64,000 nucleotides of DNA from a virus. Below the pieces are notes generated by a model. That model was not told the DNA's origin. It searched no databases and worked only from the letters and a program-made list of their open reading frames with translations. The number at the start of each line of letters is the position of its first letter. Position 1 is the stretch's first letter. The position numbers and the translations under genes were made by a program. Positions 18,257-26,687 of this stretch are shown one piece after another. The stretch covers positions 1 through 64,000 of the IMG/VR virus record IMGVR_UViG_3300020156_000448. The stretch is one strand, 5' to 3'.

Positions 18257-18637
18257 TTATTCTTCTTTTAATGCGGTATAAGCGCTAATCGCATTCGTTA
18301 ACAGCGCAGTAGCCTCTGCTGAAAAATCATAATCTTTCTGACTCGCTATAAAATGATAAGCCAAGTTGTAAAAGTGCGTTTTAAGAACTTTGCTGTGCTC
18401 TGAATATAAAGAAGAAGCATGAATAATACTCTTTAAATTTTCATCGACAGGAAGTTCAATGGCAGCAAAAAACATGAGTGTCCTATGAATTTCACCATAC
18501 ATAGGAAGAATCATATCGTGATGCCCTGAAATACAGATTATATCCATGCATTGAACATAATTTTCATAAAAATCAGGAGTATACTCTTTAGAAAATATAA
18601 ATTTTACATCACCATTATTGCATAAATCTTTAAGCAC
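18257..18637 (-). CDS. Leader-tag family protein
   Basis: Leader MLKDLCNNGDVKFIFSKE. Confidence 0.65.
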   Translation of the reverse strand: MLKDLCNNGDVKFIFSKEYTPDFYENYVQCMDIICISGHHDMILPMYGEIHRTLMFFAAIELPVDENLKSIIHASSLYSEHSKVLKTHFYNLAYHFIASQKDYDFSAEATALLTNAISAYTALKEE

Positions 18638-18972
18638 TATATATCCATACCAAATGAATCGTTAATAGCATCGTCCAACTCGTCATCTTCCGCAAAGATA
18701 ATACTAAGCTCTTCTTCCGTAAGATCGGAATTTCTAAGCTCATAGATAGTTGATGCAGGAATAAGGGAATCTGGCATGTCTTTCTCACTGCGCTTCATAT
18801 CCCACAGTTCCTTTGCTACTTCTGCTGCTTTCCTATCTTCTTCTGCTGGCATCATGTCGTGGGTATCTGGACTCCACACTGTATCTGTCGTACCATCAGG
18901 AAATGTAATCAAATATTCGTGACCTGTCAAGCCACTTGTTCTACCAGTTCTATTAACTCTTAGCGCCATCAC
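18637..18972 (-). CDS. Acidic hypothetical protein
   Basis: Asp/Glu-rich 111-aa ORF. Confidence 0.6.
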   Translation of the reverse strand: MMALRVNRTGRTSGLTGHEYLITFPDGTTDTVWSPDTHDMMPAEEDRKAAEVAKELWDMKRSEKDMPDSLIPASTIYELRNSDLTEEELSIIFAEDDELDDAINDSFGMDI

Positions 18973-19225
18973 TTGCTGCTTTCAATATTTCCTTAATGCG
19001 AGTAGCCATTTTATCAGAACCAGCTTCCTCAGCGGGTATTGGCTCTACTACGATTTCATCACCACTAACATAGCACTTAAACGAATCGCCCTCTTCAAGC
19101 TGATAATTTCTAAAGGAGTTTTCTTCTACTTCTGAAGTGAATGAATGCCCTGCGCTATCAATAAGCGTGATAATAGCAACATCTTCCTTATATTGCTGCA
19201 AGCAGCCACGAAAACAAAAACTCAT
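18953..19225 (-). CDS. Hypothetical protein (small beta-barrel-like)
   Basis: Likely start MSFCFRG at 19225, which avoids overlap with the upstream gene. Confidence 0.55.
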   Translation of the reverse strand: MSFCFRGCLQQYKEDVAIITLIDSAGHSFTSEVEENSFRNYQLEEGDSFKCYVSGDEIVVEPIPAEEAGSDKMATRIKEILKAASDGAKS

Positions 19226-19259
19226 TTCTTCCCCCGTGCTCCAATTATAACAGTCATAG

Positions 19260-19526
19260 TCATTTGGTTTCTGGTAAATCCAGCCTTTCAATACTCCACT
19301 CTTGTTCGTACTGCTTACGCACAGCAATCGCCTTCTCCAGCTTATCGCGTTCAAACACCATTCGCTCTGCCATATCAAACACTTGCTTATAGAAATCATC
19401 GTCTGGTTCAGATACGTTTCCTTGAGCAAGCCTTAAACTTGTAACTGTATTCATAGCAGCGACTACATAAACGTCAAAAGTTTTTGGGTCGTCCATACTT
19501 AATCCCTCTAAACCTTTTGCCATCAT
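19260..19526 (-). CDS. Hypothetical protein
   Basis: ORF in a tightly packed operon. Confidence 0.5.
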   Translation of the reverse strand: MMAKGLEGLSMDDPKTFDVYVVAAMNTVTSLRLAQGNVSEPDDDFYKQVFDMAERMVFERDKLEKAIAVRKQYEQEWSIERLDLPETK

Positions 19527-19821
19527 ATCTACACATGTGCAAGAGACAGCGGTTATATGCTGCTATTTCTCTACTGGTAAGTCTGTTTATATATGCGCTA
19601 ACGTCGCTAATATATAGAAAATCGTTTAAATCTCTAAAATCTTCGTCACGGAAGGGAGCCTCTTTTAGTTTATTGCAATGGTTGCACTTACTTTCGTAAA
19701 ACCAGTGCTTCTTCAAAGCGCCGCTTTTGCTACTAGTTAAGTACAAATAAGATGTTCCGTGACTGTAGTTATGGAAGTTAAATAAACACATTAATTTCTT
19801 CGCCCATGGCATTGACCCCAC
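19474..19821 (-). CDS. Small Cys/His zinc-binding-like protein
   Basis: LMCLFNFHNY...CNHC. Confidence 0.5.
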   Translation of the reverse strand: MGSMPWAKKLMCLFNFHNYSHGTSYLYLTSSKSGALKKHWFYESKCNHCNKLKEAPFRDEDFRDLNDFLYISDVSAYINRLTSREIAAYNRCLLHMCRYDGKRFRGIKYGRPKNF

Positions 19822-19886
19822 TCCCCGCTAAACGTGGTCTTGTTTAGCTTACAGTTTAGATGTGCATTTATTTATATTCATCTTAT

Positions 19887-20009
19887 TTACCATATTATCT
19901 TTTTTAGTTTTAAGAAAAACTCACATACAACTGCTACTGCGTAAACCATAGCAACCAGTGCTAGCAGAATACCATACACAACTGCTCCCACCACTTTGTT
20001 CAGCATCAT
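19887..20009 (-). CDS. 40-aa membrane peptide missing from the ORF track
   Basis: Hand-translated MMLNKVVGAVVYGILLALVAMVYAVAVVCEFFLKLKKIIW. Confidence 0.5.
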   Translation of the reverse strand: MMLNKVVGAVVYGILLALVAMVYAVAVVCEFFLKLKKIIW

Positions 20010-20026
20010 GCAAACCCTTTTAAATT

Positions 20027-20072
20027 AAAAAAACCGCTTGTAGATAAAATCTCTTACCTTATCTACAAGCGG
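20027..20072 (-). terminator. Intrinsic terminator
   Basis: 14-bp stem CCGCTTGTAGATAA/TTATCTACAAGCGG plus U7 on minus. Confidence 0.8.
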
Positions 20073-20086
20073 CTACTATCCTAATT

Positions 20087-20386
20087 CTATTTCTTTAGCT
20101 TTTCCCACGAATATTTTTCGGAAACATCGCTTAAGAACTCTCGCATATAACTCTTAAGCTCTTGCTTTTCAGCGTCTGTTACTTTTTTGTCGCTGTATTT
20201 TCCAGCCTTTTGATCTTCAAAAGCAGATGCTTTCTCTACACAGTCATCAATATCATTCTTGATTTCTCCATAAGTGAATGAGAATGGACTGCCGACCACA
20301 AGAAAAATCTCTTTAGACTTTTTATTAGCATTGGAAGTTTGCCACATTGTATACCAACGACTAATTCCCCATCTACTATAAGCCAT
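20087..20386 (-). CDS. MAYSRW-family protein, copy 2
   Basis: MAYSRWGISRWY...EKQELKSYMREFLSDV. Confidence 0.7.
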   Translation of the reverse strand: MAYSRWGISRWYTMWQTSNANKKSKEIFLVVGSPFSFTYGEIKNDIDDCVEKASAFEDQKAGKYSDKKVTDAEKQELKSYMREFLSDVSEKYSWEKLKK

Positions 20387-20687
20387 GACGCTTTCCCTTC
20401 TTTGGGAACTCCCGAATGATATCGTCAATAAATTGCTGCATATACGTTCGCAATTCTTCTCTTTCCTCAAAAGAAACAGGGTCAACTACTCCGCATTTTT
20501 TACAAGCTTCATCAAGACAAGCTTCTATATCTTTCACTAGTGCAGGATATTTAAAAGAAACATAATCGTAGTCGCCATTGCTGGCAATTTGGAATGTTTG
20601 CTCATTTTTATGATGAGGCGCAAGTGTATTTCTAGCAGTTGTCTGGTATGTATGCCATCTGCTTTTATCCCATCTGCTATAAGCCAT
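20376..20687 (-). CDS. MAYSRW-family protein, copy 1
   Basis: MAYSRWDKSRWH...EREELRTYMQQFIDDI. Confidence 0.7.
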   Translation of the reverse strand: MAYSRWDKSRWHTYQTTARNTLAPHHKNEQTFQIASNGDYDYVSFKYPALVKDIEACLDEACKKCGVVDPVSFEEREELRTYMQQFIDDIIREFPKKGKRHGL

Positions 20688-20688
20688 A

Positions 20689-21183
20689 TTATTTTCTCAG
20701 TCTCTCTCTGACTTTCATCAGAATTTTACCAAGATGGTTTTCTCCAGAACCATCACCACTACAATAATCCACTTTGTTTCCACCGCAGTAGCAGCATCCG
20801 TAAAAACGGTCATGCCAATAATTGCCCTCTTCAATATATGTGTCTCCAGTACCAACCAAAATATCAGCTAATTCTGGAAAAGTTTCAAATTTTGTCTGAA
20901 CCAGGACTTCCATGTACTGAAGATTTACGTCTTGCCAGTCTGGACGTACCAACCCCGCATCTCGTAATCGAGACCCCTCTTTTTTAGAATCTCCAGCAGA
21001 CATTGCTGCAATTCGCTTGCGTTCTAAATGGTCTGTACTTTTTAGGGCTTGGTACAAAGATTCGGTATTATTGGCTTGAAGAGCTTCAAACCCATCCTCT
21101 GTTATGATCAAAATGCCATTGCATGAATAAAAATTAGAGAAGCATGAATATGCCCCTCTAAAATTTTTAATCTTATCGTCCAT
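20689..21183 (-). CDS. NADAR (YbiA-like) family protein
   Basis: FSNFY, ESLYQALK, RPDW, LVGTGD..IEEGNYWHDRFYG, GENHLGKILMKVRE. Confidence 0.92.
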   Translation of the reverse strand: MDDKIKNFRGAYSCFSNFYSCNGILIITEDGFEALQANNTESLYQALKSTDHLERKRIAAMSAGDSKKEGSRLRDAGLVRPDWQDVNLQYMEVLVQTKFETFPELADILVGTGDTYIEEGNYWHDRFYGCCYCGGNKVDYCSGDGSGENHLGKILMKVRERLRK

Positions 21184-21184
21184 G

Positions 21185-21574
21185 CTATTTCCCCTTATTT
21201 CGCTTGATTAAGGTATTTGCCTCTGGACTAAAACTAGCACCGTTTTGCGCCATTACTTCTTCAGTAAATTCTTTAACGGCTTTCCGAAGATTGTATTTGC
21301 GTATTAAGCTAGGAATTCGCTTCTCATAAGCTCTACCGTTTGCAGTCATAACCATGACGGTTTGTTTGCGCTTACTAAATACGAGCACAATACCATCCTT
21401 AGTATAACAAGTAGCAGAGTATCCAGACAGACCATCTTCGTCTGAAACAAAGTCAATTTCTAATGATCTGATTTTATAATCTTTATAACGCACTTTCATA
21501 CGTCGCTTATTCATAAGTTCCAAGCGCCTTAATTCACATTTGTCACAATAACACTTTGCAGGTGAACCCTTCAT
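21185..21574 (-). CDS. Hypothetical protein
   Basis: 129-aa ORF with GGAG RBS. Confidence 0.55.
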   Translation of the reverse strand: MKGSPAKCYCDKCELRRLELMNKRRMKVRYKDYKIRSLEIDFVSDEDGLSGYSATCYTKDGIVLVFSKRKQTVMVMTANGRAYEKRIPSLIRKYNLRKAVKEFTEEVMAQNGASFSPEANTLIKRNKGK

Positions 21575-21618
21575 GTCATGTCTCCGTCACTATAAATACC
21601 ATATAGCTATAGTTATAT

Positions 21619-22080
21619 TCAATGAGGCGGGTATATTTCTACGGGGATATCCATATGAGATAGATAATCAATCATGATTGGCTCAACTACAGCCCAAGAC
21701 AATCCACCTTTTCCACAACCCAAGGCGGGAATGGCTAAGGAGTCAATTCCCCATGCTTTGTAGGTGGCTAATAAATGTTCCAAGCCTGTACGAATATACG
21801 ATAGACGCGAAGGCTTTCTAAAATCATCTTTAGTAGGAAAATTAAGAATCCAATGAGGATGTGTTGCAGCCACATCAGGCGGCGGTTTATACAGCAGGAC
21901 TTGCCCTGTTCGTATTTCCCCCGCCCGACAGTGACGCTTATAGTCTATGTTATAATGAGGGTAGGCTCTTTGGAATATTAAGGCTATTCCAGCGCCAGAA
22001 GCGCCGAGACAATTCACCGTGTTTGTTATTGTTTGACACTGAGACTTAAACATGTCTCCGTGCATAATTTGTATTGGCAT
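21619..22080 (-). CDS. Macrodomain ADP-ribose hydrolase (DarG/TARG1-like)
   Basis: GDMF, NTVNCLGASGAGIA, NFPTK, SLAIPALGCGKGGLSW. Confidence 0.9.
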   Translation of the reverse strand: MPIQIMHGDMFKSQCQTITNTVNCLGASGAGIALIFQRAYPHYNIDYKRHCRAGEIRTGQVLLYKPPPDVAATHPHWILNFPTKDDFRKPSRLSYIRTGLEHLLATYKAWGIDSLAIPALGCGKGGLSWAVVEPIMIDYLSHMDIPVEIYPPH

Positions 22081-22109
22081 AATACTTTTATTATTATGCA
22101 CAACACATT

Positions 22110-22658
22110 TTATTCAAAAACAATTTGCCCAGCCCTTTGTAAAAAGCCGTTAAGCTCTGTTGCTGGCACATGCCAAAATGGTTCGTTTAATCTTGAAAAT
22201 CTCATGGCTTCTTTGCCACTAATCCAGCCGATGAGCTTTACAGGGATAATATCTCCAGGTTCATTGATATCACAATATGTATAAATGAAAATATCATTAG
22301 CTCTTTTGCCGTTGGATTTTTTCATACGCATTCCATTGCGAAGAATATTCTTCACATTATTGCTACACTTTACTGTAATATTGTAGTCGTCAATATTAAA
22401 ATCAGCTTCCTTTTGATAATTATCAATCTTGCCTGTCCATTTAACATCTGCCCATTTTGCTACAGCAAACTCAGCAAGAGCGCCCCTGATATGAGAATCA
22501 TATTCAGAACCGTCAACGAAATTGTCTTTCTTGCCAACCATATAAGCTCGTTTGCAGCGCTTAACGCCAACCATTGCTGCTTTATAGAACTCTTCCTCTG
22601 TAATAGGTATATCAATACCCTTTACAGCAATCTTATTATTAAGTGTTACAGCACCCAT
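22110..22658 (-). CDS. PD-(D/E)xK nuclease-like protein
   Basis: GALAEFAVAK...ADF...ITVK...LIGWI pattern. Confidence 0.5.
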   Translation of the reverse strand: MGAVTLNNKIAVKGIDIPITEEEFYKAAMVGVKRCKRAYMVGKKDNFVDGSEYDSHIRGALAEFAVAKWADVKWTGKIDNYQKEADFNIDDYNITVKCSNNVKNILRNGMRMKKSNGKRANDIFIYTYCDINEPGDIIPVKLIGWISGKEAMRFSRLNEPFWHVPATELNGFLQRAGQIVFE

Positions 22659-22670
22659 TATTATATCTTC

Positions 22671-23072
22671 TTAGTGTAAATTGTGACGCCTTAAGGGTCT
22701 ATGATGATATGGAGATAACGAAACTTCACTATGATGAGGATAATCAAATTCCTCATGATTATATACATTTGCACCGTTTTTAGGCTGACTGCATGGAAAA
22801 GTTTCTCCATTTCTCGCCTCAATTTTTCCCATACATACATTAGCTATGTGTGGATTGATTCTATTGCAAAGAGAACATCTCCAAGAGTTACCTAACGCAT
22901 TTAACTTTTTGTATGTATTTCCGTCTTTAAAATAACCTGGAATAACTTCGTCATCATCGTCATCTTCCGATGGAGCAGCATTTTCCTTTTTTACTTCTTT
23001 AGGAACTTGTTTTTGTTTTCTTATTCCAAATGGAATAAAGTCATAATACTTACTGTCTAAAAATTCTTGCAT
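22671..23072 (-). CDS. Protein with RanBP2-like zinc ribbon
   Basis: WRCSLCNRIN...C...C; start in a TAATG overlap. Confidence 0.5.
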   Translation of the reverse strand: MQEFLDSKYYDFIPFGIRKQKQVPKEVKKENAAPSEDDDDDEVIPGYFKDGNTYKKLNALGNSWRCSLCNRINPHIANVCMGKIEARNGETFPCSQPKNGANVYNHEEFDYPHHSEVSLSPYHHRPLRRHNLH

Positions 23073-23422
23073 TAAGATTTCCATTGATCCCAAGTTGATG
23101 TAGGATTCCAAGGCTGAGGATATATAGGGTTCCAAGGATGAGGCTGTTTCTGATTCACACTGCAAGGGCAATACTGAACAGTAGGAGCACAGCTATTTTG
23201 ACACTTTGGACAAATCCACCCCATTGGCAGGTCTTTCTTTTCTTCTGGATGTGCTTTTGCCCAACAGGAATCACAATGAATATCTCCATTAATAGCTCTT
23301 AGCTGACCATACGTTTTGAAATCCTTATTGCAGACATCGCAGTGTGATCTTTGAGATACGCCCCTAATGTCCCAGTGTCCCATCCCTGAAGTATGAATCG
23401 GACTATAAAAATGTTTTCTCAT
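23072..23422 (-). CDS. Small double zinc-finger protein
   Basis: CDVC...CDSC and GWICPKC...CPC; GGAGG RBS. Confidence 0.65.
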   Translation of the reverse strand: MRKHFYSPIHTSGMGHWDIRGVSQRSHCDVCNKDFKTYGQLRAINGDIHCDSCWAKAHPEEKKDLPMGWICPKCQNSCAPTVQYCPCSVNQKQPHPWNPIYPQPWNPTSTWDQWKS

Positions 23423-23459
23423 TTGTTGCCTCCCGTATATATTTATTATTATATACGCT

Positions 23460-23485
23460 AAAAAAATAGCCCTCCGAAGAGGGCT
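23460..23485 (-). terminator. Intrinsic terminator with UUCG loop
   Basis: Minus strand AGCCCTC-TTCG-GAGGGCT-ATTTTTTT. Confidence 0.9.
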
Positions 23486-23490
23486 TCTAA

Positions 23491-23850
23491 TTACTTAGCT
23501 GCAACAGCCTTCTTCGTTCCCTTTGTAGCTACACGCTTTAGAGGAGATGCCACAAACTTAGATTCTGTGACCTTCCAAAGAGATACTGAATCACCAGCAC
23601 GAAGACCGTGATGCTTGAAGAAGCTATTCCAGAAACGTCTGCGGAAAATCTTCTTATCACCTGCGATATCGGTGCTAATTGTGGTGTTTAGTCCTGTTAG
23701 ATAAACAGTAACATTACGACCTGCTGTTTCGGCATTTGAGCCGCCGAGAACTGCCTTTGAGAACATGTCGATTGCACTTCCAAGATGAAGTGATCCGTTC
23801 TTAAGGTTTGCTTCGGTAATTGTGATACTTCTAATTGAGTTGTTAGCCAT
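23491..23850 (-). CDS. Possible B3/EcoRII-N-like DNA-binding protein
   Basis: ITITEANL...WNSFFKHHGLRAGDSV pattern; basic tail. Confidence 0.45.
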   Translation of the reverse strand: MANNSIRSITITEANLKNGSLHLGSAIDMFSKAVLGGSNAETAGRNVTVYLTGLNTTISTDIAGDKKIFRRRFWNSFFKHHGLRAGDSVSLWKVTESKFVASPLKRVATKGTKKAVAAK

Positions 23851-23926
23851 TTTGCTAATTCTCCAGTTGATTTTGTTGCTATCTTATCAACAAAGTCCGG
23901 GAGATATTATTCATAGCAATTTGCTA

Positions 23927-24613
23927 TTAACTCACAATTCCATTAAAATATATATGAGCAGATGTAATCAAATTGTATACATCTTTAGGCGAAACAATCT
24001 TATCAATACCCGTTCCCTTAAGGACAGGAGCTACCGTAAAGTCCACTGCTAACAGCGGCAATGTTTGGATAAAATCAATGGCAAAGATAGGTTCGCTTAT
24101 CGCTGGGTGATATTTATTTTCTCGCATTTCTTCAAGTATACGAACAGCAACATTGTATCCTGAGTTCGAGCGCCATTCGCTTGGATTATCAGTCATGTTT
24201 ACATATCTCAGCCACCAGCGCCTGTTTCCTATTTGAAGATATCTAATAGAGGAAGGATAGCTCTCACGTACTGGCTGTATATATTCGCAGCAAAAATGAT
24301 TTGGATATAGCCTCATCGCTTCGTGTGCTGGCACTTTAATAGAGTTATTTCCCCCAGCCTGATATTGCTGAAAGTATACGATTAGATAAAAGTCAGTAAT
24401 TGTACTGTCAGAATAGAAAGATTCCTTTTCTAGCTGATCAACCACTTTGGAAACCTTGCCGTAGCGCGGGGTTCTTAAACCTATGCCTTCCAAGAGTTCA
24501 AAGATACCGCTCTTTTTTGGACCCATATCAGCACGTCTTATGAATGATATTCCTTTATCATAAAACATATTGTCATAGTAATCTTCATAATCACTTTGAA
24601 TTGTAAATTCCAT
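23927..24613 (-). CDS. Hypothetical protein, possibly ATP-grasp-like
   Basis: C-terminal FAIDF...LAVDFTVAP resembles an ATP-grasp C-terminus (weak). Confidence 0.4.
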   Translation of the reverse strand: MEFTIQSDYEDYYDNMFYDKGISFIRRADMGPKKSGIFELLEGIGLRTPRYGKVSKVVDQLEKESFYSDSTITDFYLIVYFQQYQAGGNNSIKVPAHEAMRLYPNHFCCEYIQPVRESYPSSIRYLQIGNRRWWLRYVNMTDNPSEWRSNSGYNVAVRILEEMRENKYHPAISEPIFAIDFIQTLPLLAVDFTVAPVLKGTGIDKIVSPKDVYNLITSAHIYFNGIVS

Positions 24614-24616
24614 ATC

Positions 24617-25078
24617 TTACTTTTTCAGGTAGGCTTTCAGTTTCTTGGCTATAAACTTTTCGTGTTTTTCTTGCTGCTCAATATCTGTTACAAATCTTGA
24701 TACAAACTTAGTATGCTCTTCGTGAGCTAATCCAGCTTCAATTAGAATGTTTTCTACTTCCCAGTAAAGAAGGTTTGGTTGCAGTTTAAAGAACTCTTGA
24801 AGTTTCTCTGCGTCGTCTCCCTTGGCTACTGTGCGACACTTCATTCCATCAGAAGTTACGATAGTGATCATGGCAAGCTTTTCTCCGCTTAATTCATAGT
24901 TAGCATAAAAGTTATCAAACTTCCCGCATCCACGACACTTGCTTCCACCAGCTTCTATAGGAGTCTTGTAAAAAATCACCTGTCCCGTATTCCTACAGTG
25001 GTTACATGTTGATCTTATAACCTTTGTGCCCGAAGCCGATTGCACTACTTCCTTGTCGTTCTTTTTAACTTTTGCCAT
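24617..25078 (-). CDS. Zinc-finger protein
   Basis: CNHC...CRGC. Confidence 0.55.
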   Translation of the reverse strand: MAKVKKNDKEVVQSASGTKVIRSTCNHCRNTGQVIFYKTPIEAGGSKCRGCGKFDNFYANYELSGEKLAMITIVTSDGMKCRTVAKGDDAEKLQEFFKLQPNLLYWEVENILIEAGLAHEEHTKFVSRFVTDIEQQEKHEKFIAKKLKAYLKK

Positions 25079-25135
25079 TTCACACCTATTGTTTAACTAA
25101 TTTGCATACAAGCGTTTAACTTGTATTATTCAAAT

Positions 25136-25167
25136 AAAGAAGGGGATTCCATCCATGGAATCCCCTT
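25136..25167 (-). terminator. Hairpin terminator
   Basis: AAGGGGATTCCA/TGGAATCCCCTT stem. Confidence 0.75.
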
Positions 25168-25186
25168 GATTTATTAACTTAAAAAT

Positions 25187-25723
25187 TTATTTAGAGACAT
25201 TAACATGAGAGAAAACCAGCTTTCGCAAATGCTGAAATCTCTTCCAAAATCCCAAGTCGTGATCAATCTCTATCTTTAATCCCTTTATATCATAATGATG
25301 AATAAACTCATGAAGTAGTACGTTTACGATATGAATCCAAGATAAGGTTCTTTCTGCCTGGATAACTTCTCCATCTAAAACAACTTCACACACTGAAATG
25401 TTCCATATCTTTATTAGAGATTGTTTCCTAGGTTCGTATTCGTATAGCCCACGATACCAATACTTCATATCTCTTGAAGCATTTTTGGGCTTTCTCCCCT
25501 TGACCGTTGGACGCCGTTCGTCATAAAGCTTTAATCGGCACTTGGGTAAACCAAATTCGGATGAAAGCAAATTTAGGATTTTTACGGCTGCTTTCTGTCG
25601 ATCTTCAGCATCGTCAGCATTTTTGAGTTCTGTAAGGAAATCCCCCAACACCAGAGGGAGAGATTCTTTGTTAAGTGATTTGTTTTCAAGGCTTTTGCGT
25701 CTATGCTCAGCTTTCACCCTCAT
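25187..25723 (-). CDS. SprT/WLM-like zinc metalloprotease
   Basis: LLHEFIHH...HDLGFW. Confidence 0.75.
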   Translation of the reverse strand: MRVKAEHRRKSLENKSLNKESLPLVLGDFLTELKNADDAEDRQKAAVKILNLLSSEFGLPKCRLKLYDERRPTVKGRKPKNASRDMKYWYRGLYEYEPRKQSLIKIWNISVCEVVLDGEVIQAERTLSWIHIVNVLLHEFIHHYDIKGLKIEIDHDLGFWKRFQHLRKLVFSHVNVSK

Positions 25724-25802
25724 AAGTAATCCCTCCTGCGGAATATATTTTCCGCTTCAGGATTTTGAGGGTGTTTTCCTTTTATTTAGGACACAAACTA
25801 TC

Positions 25803-26687
25803 TCAGTAAGCAGCAAACGCCCTGCTATAGTTGCCTATTTCAAAAAGATTATAGTTAGGGGCACGGTAGTTGCTATCAATAGTGTAGTGATAATAACCAT
25901 CTTCACCAACTCTATATCTTCTTGCTTTATGTACATGACCACTCACAACAAGCTTGACTTTTGGATATTTAGCTAATTCTTCTCCCAGCGTTGGATGGTA
26001 AAAGTATACATCTAATATTGGGTCTTCAAAGCGGCTTTGCGGACCCTTGATTTCTTTGTAAAGAACTGGATGATGTGTGCCCACGATTATTTCCTGAACA
26101 TCATCATCCTCTTGAATAGCTTCAATTTGTCCAATTAGCCTGTCTCTGCACTCTTTTGCGAACTCAATGTCCGTTCTATCCCATTTGATATTAATATCGA
26201 TCATACCACGCTCTGCCTTAGTTTTAGGCGATTGCCAATACTCAGGTGGCAGTGTCATGTGAATATGGTCCATTTGAGCCTTACAGTCATACCAGCCGAT
26301 ATTTCCAATCAAAAAAGTGTGCGTGAATCCAATTCTAATTGGCTCTGCTTTATCAAGATATATGATATCATTATCAGTAAATGCTGCTGGAAACTTTTCA
26401 TCGTACTTTGTGTCTCCATTCATACCATCACCACTGGCAATCAAGTCATGATTGCCAATGGTGCCAGCGATAGGCATGATCGATCCCGCTACCCTACGAA
26501 CAAGTTCTAAGCACTTGGTTGTAGCGTATATATGTTCGCCTAAATCGCCCAATAAAACTATCTGGATAACTTCTCCATCTAACCTCTGCGCATGTTTAAG
26601 GGCACGTTTAACTATTCTTTCAGCCTGAAATACAGGAGTAATTCCGATATGCAGGTCGGTTAAAAATAGTATGAATTCCTTGTTCAT
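25803..26687 (-). CDS. Calcineurin-like metallophosphoesterase
   Basis: DLH, GDL, GNHD, THH, SGHVH motifs. Confidence 0.9.
   Translation of the reverse strand: MNKEFILFLTDLHIGITPVFQAERIVKRALKHAQRLDGEVIQIVLLGDLGEHIYATTKCLELVRRVAGSIMPIAGTIGNHDLIASGDGMNGDTKYDEKFPAAFTDNDIIYLDKAEPIRIGFTHTFLIGNIGWYDCKAQMDHIHMTLPPEYWQSPKTKAERGMIDINIKWDRTDIEFAKECRDRLIGQIEAIQEDDDVQEIIVGTHHPVLYKEIKGPQSRFEDPILDVYFYHPTLGEELAKYPKVKLVVSGHVHKARRYRVGEDGYYHYTIDSNYRAPNYNLFEIGNYSRAFAAY

Noticed and set aside
15370-18637. Integron-like cassette array
   Set aside because: Most genes overlap or abut, with no repeated intergenic attC-like sites and no integrase; the shared element is a peptide motif.
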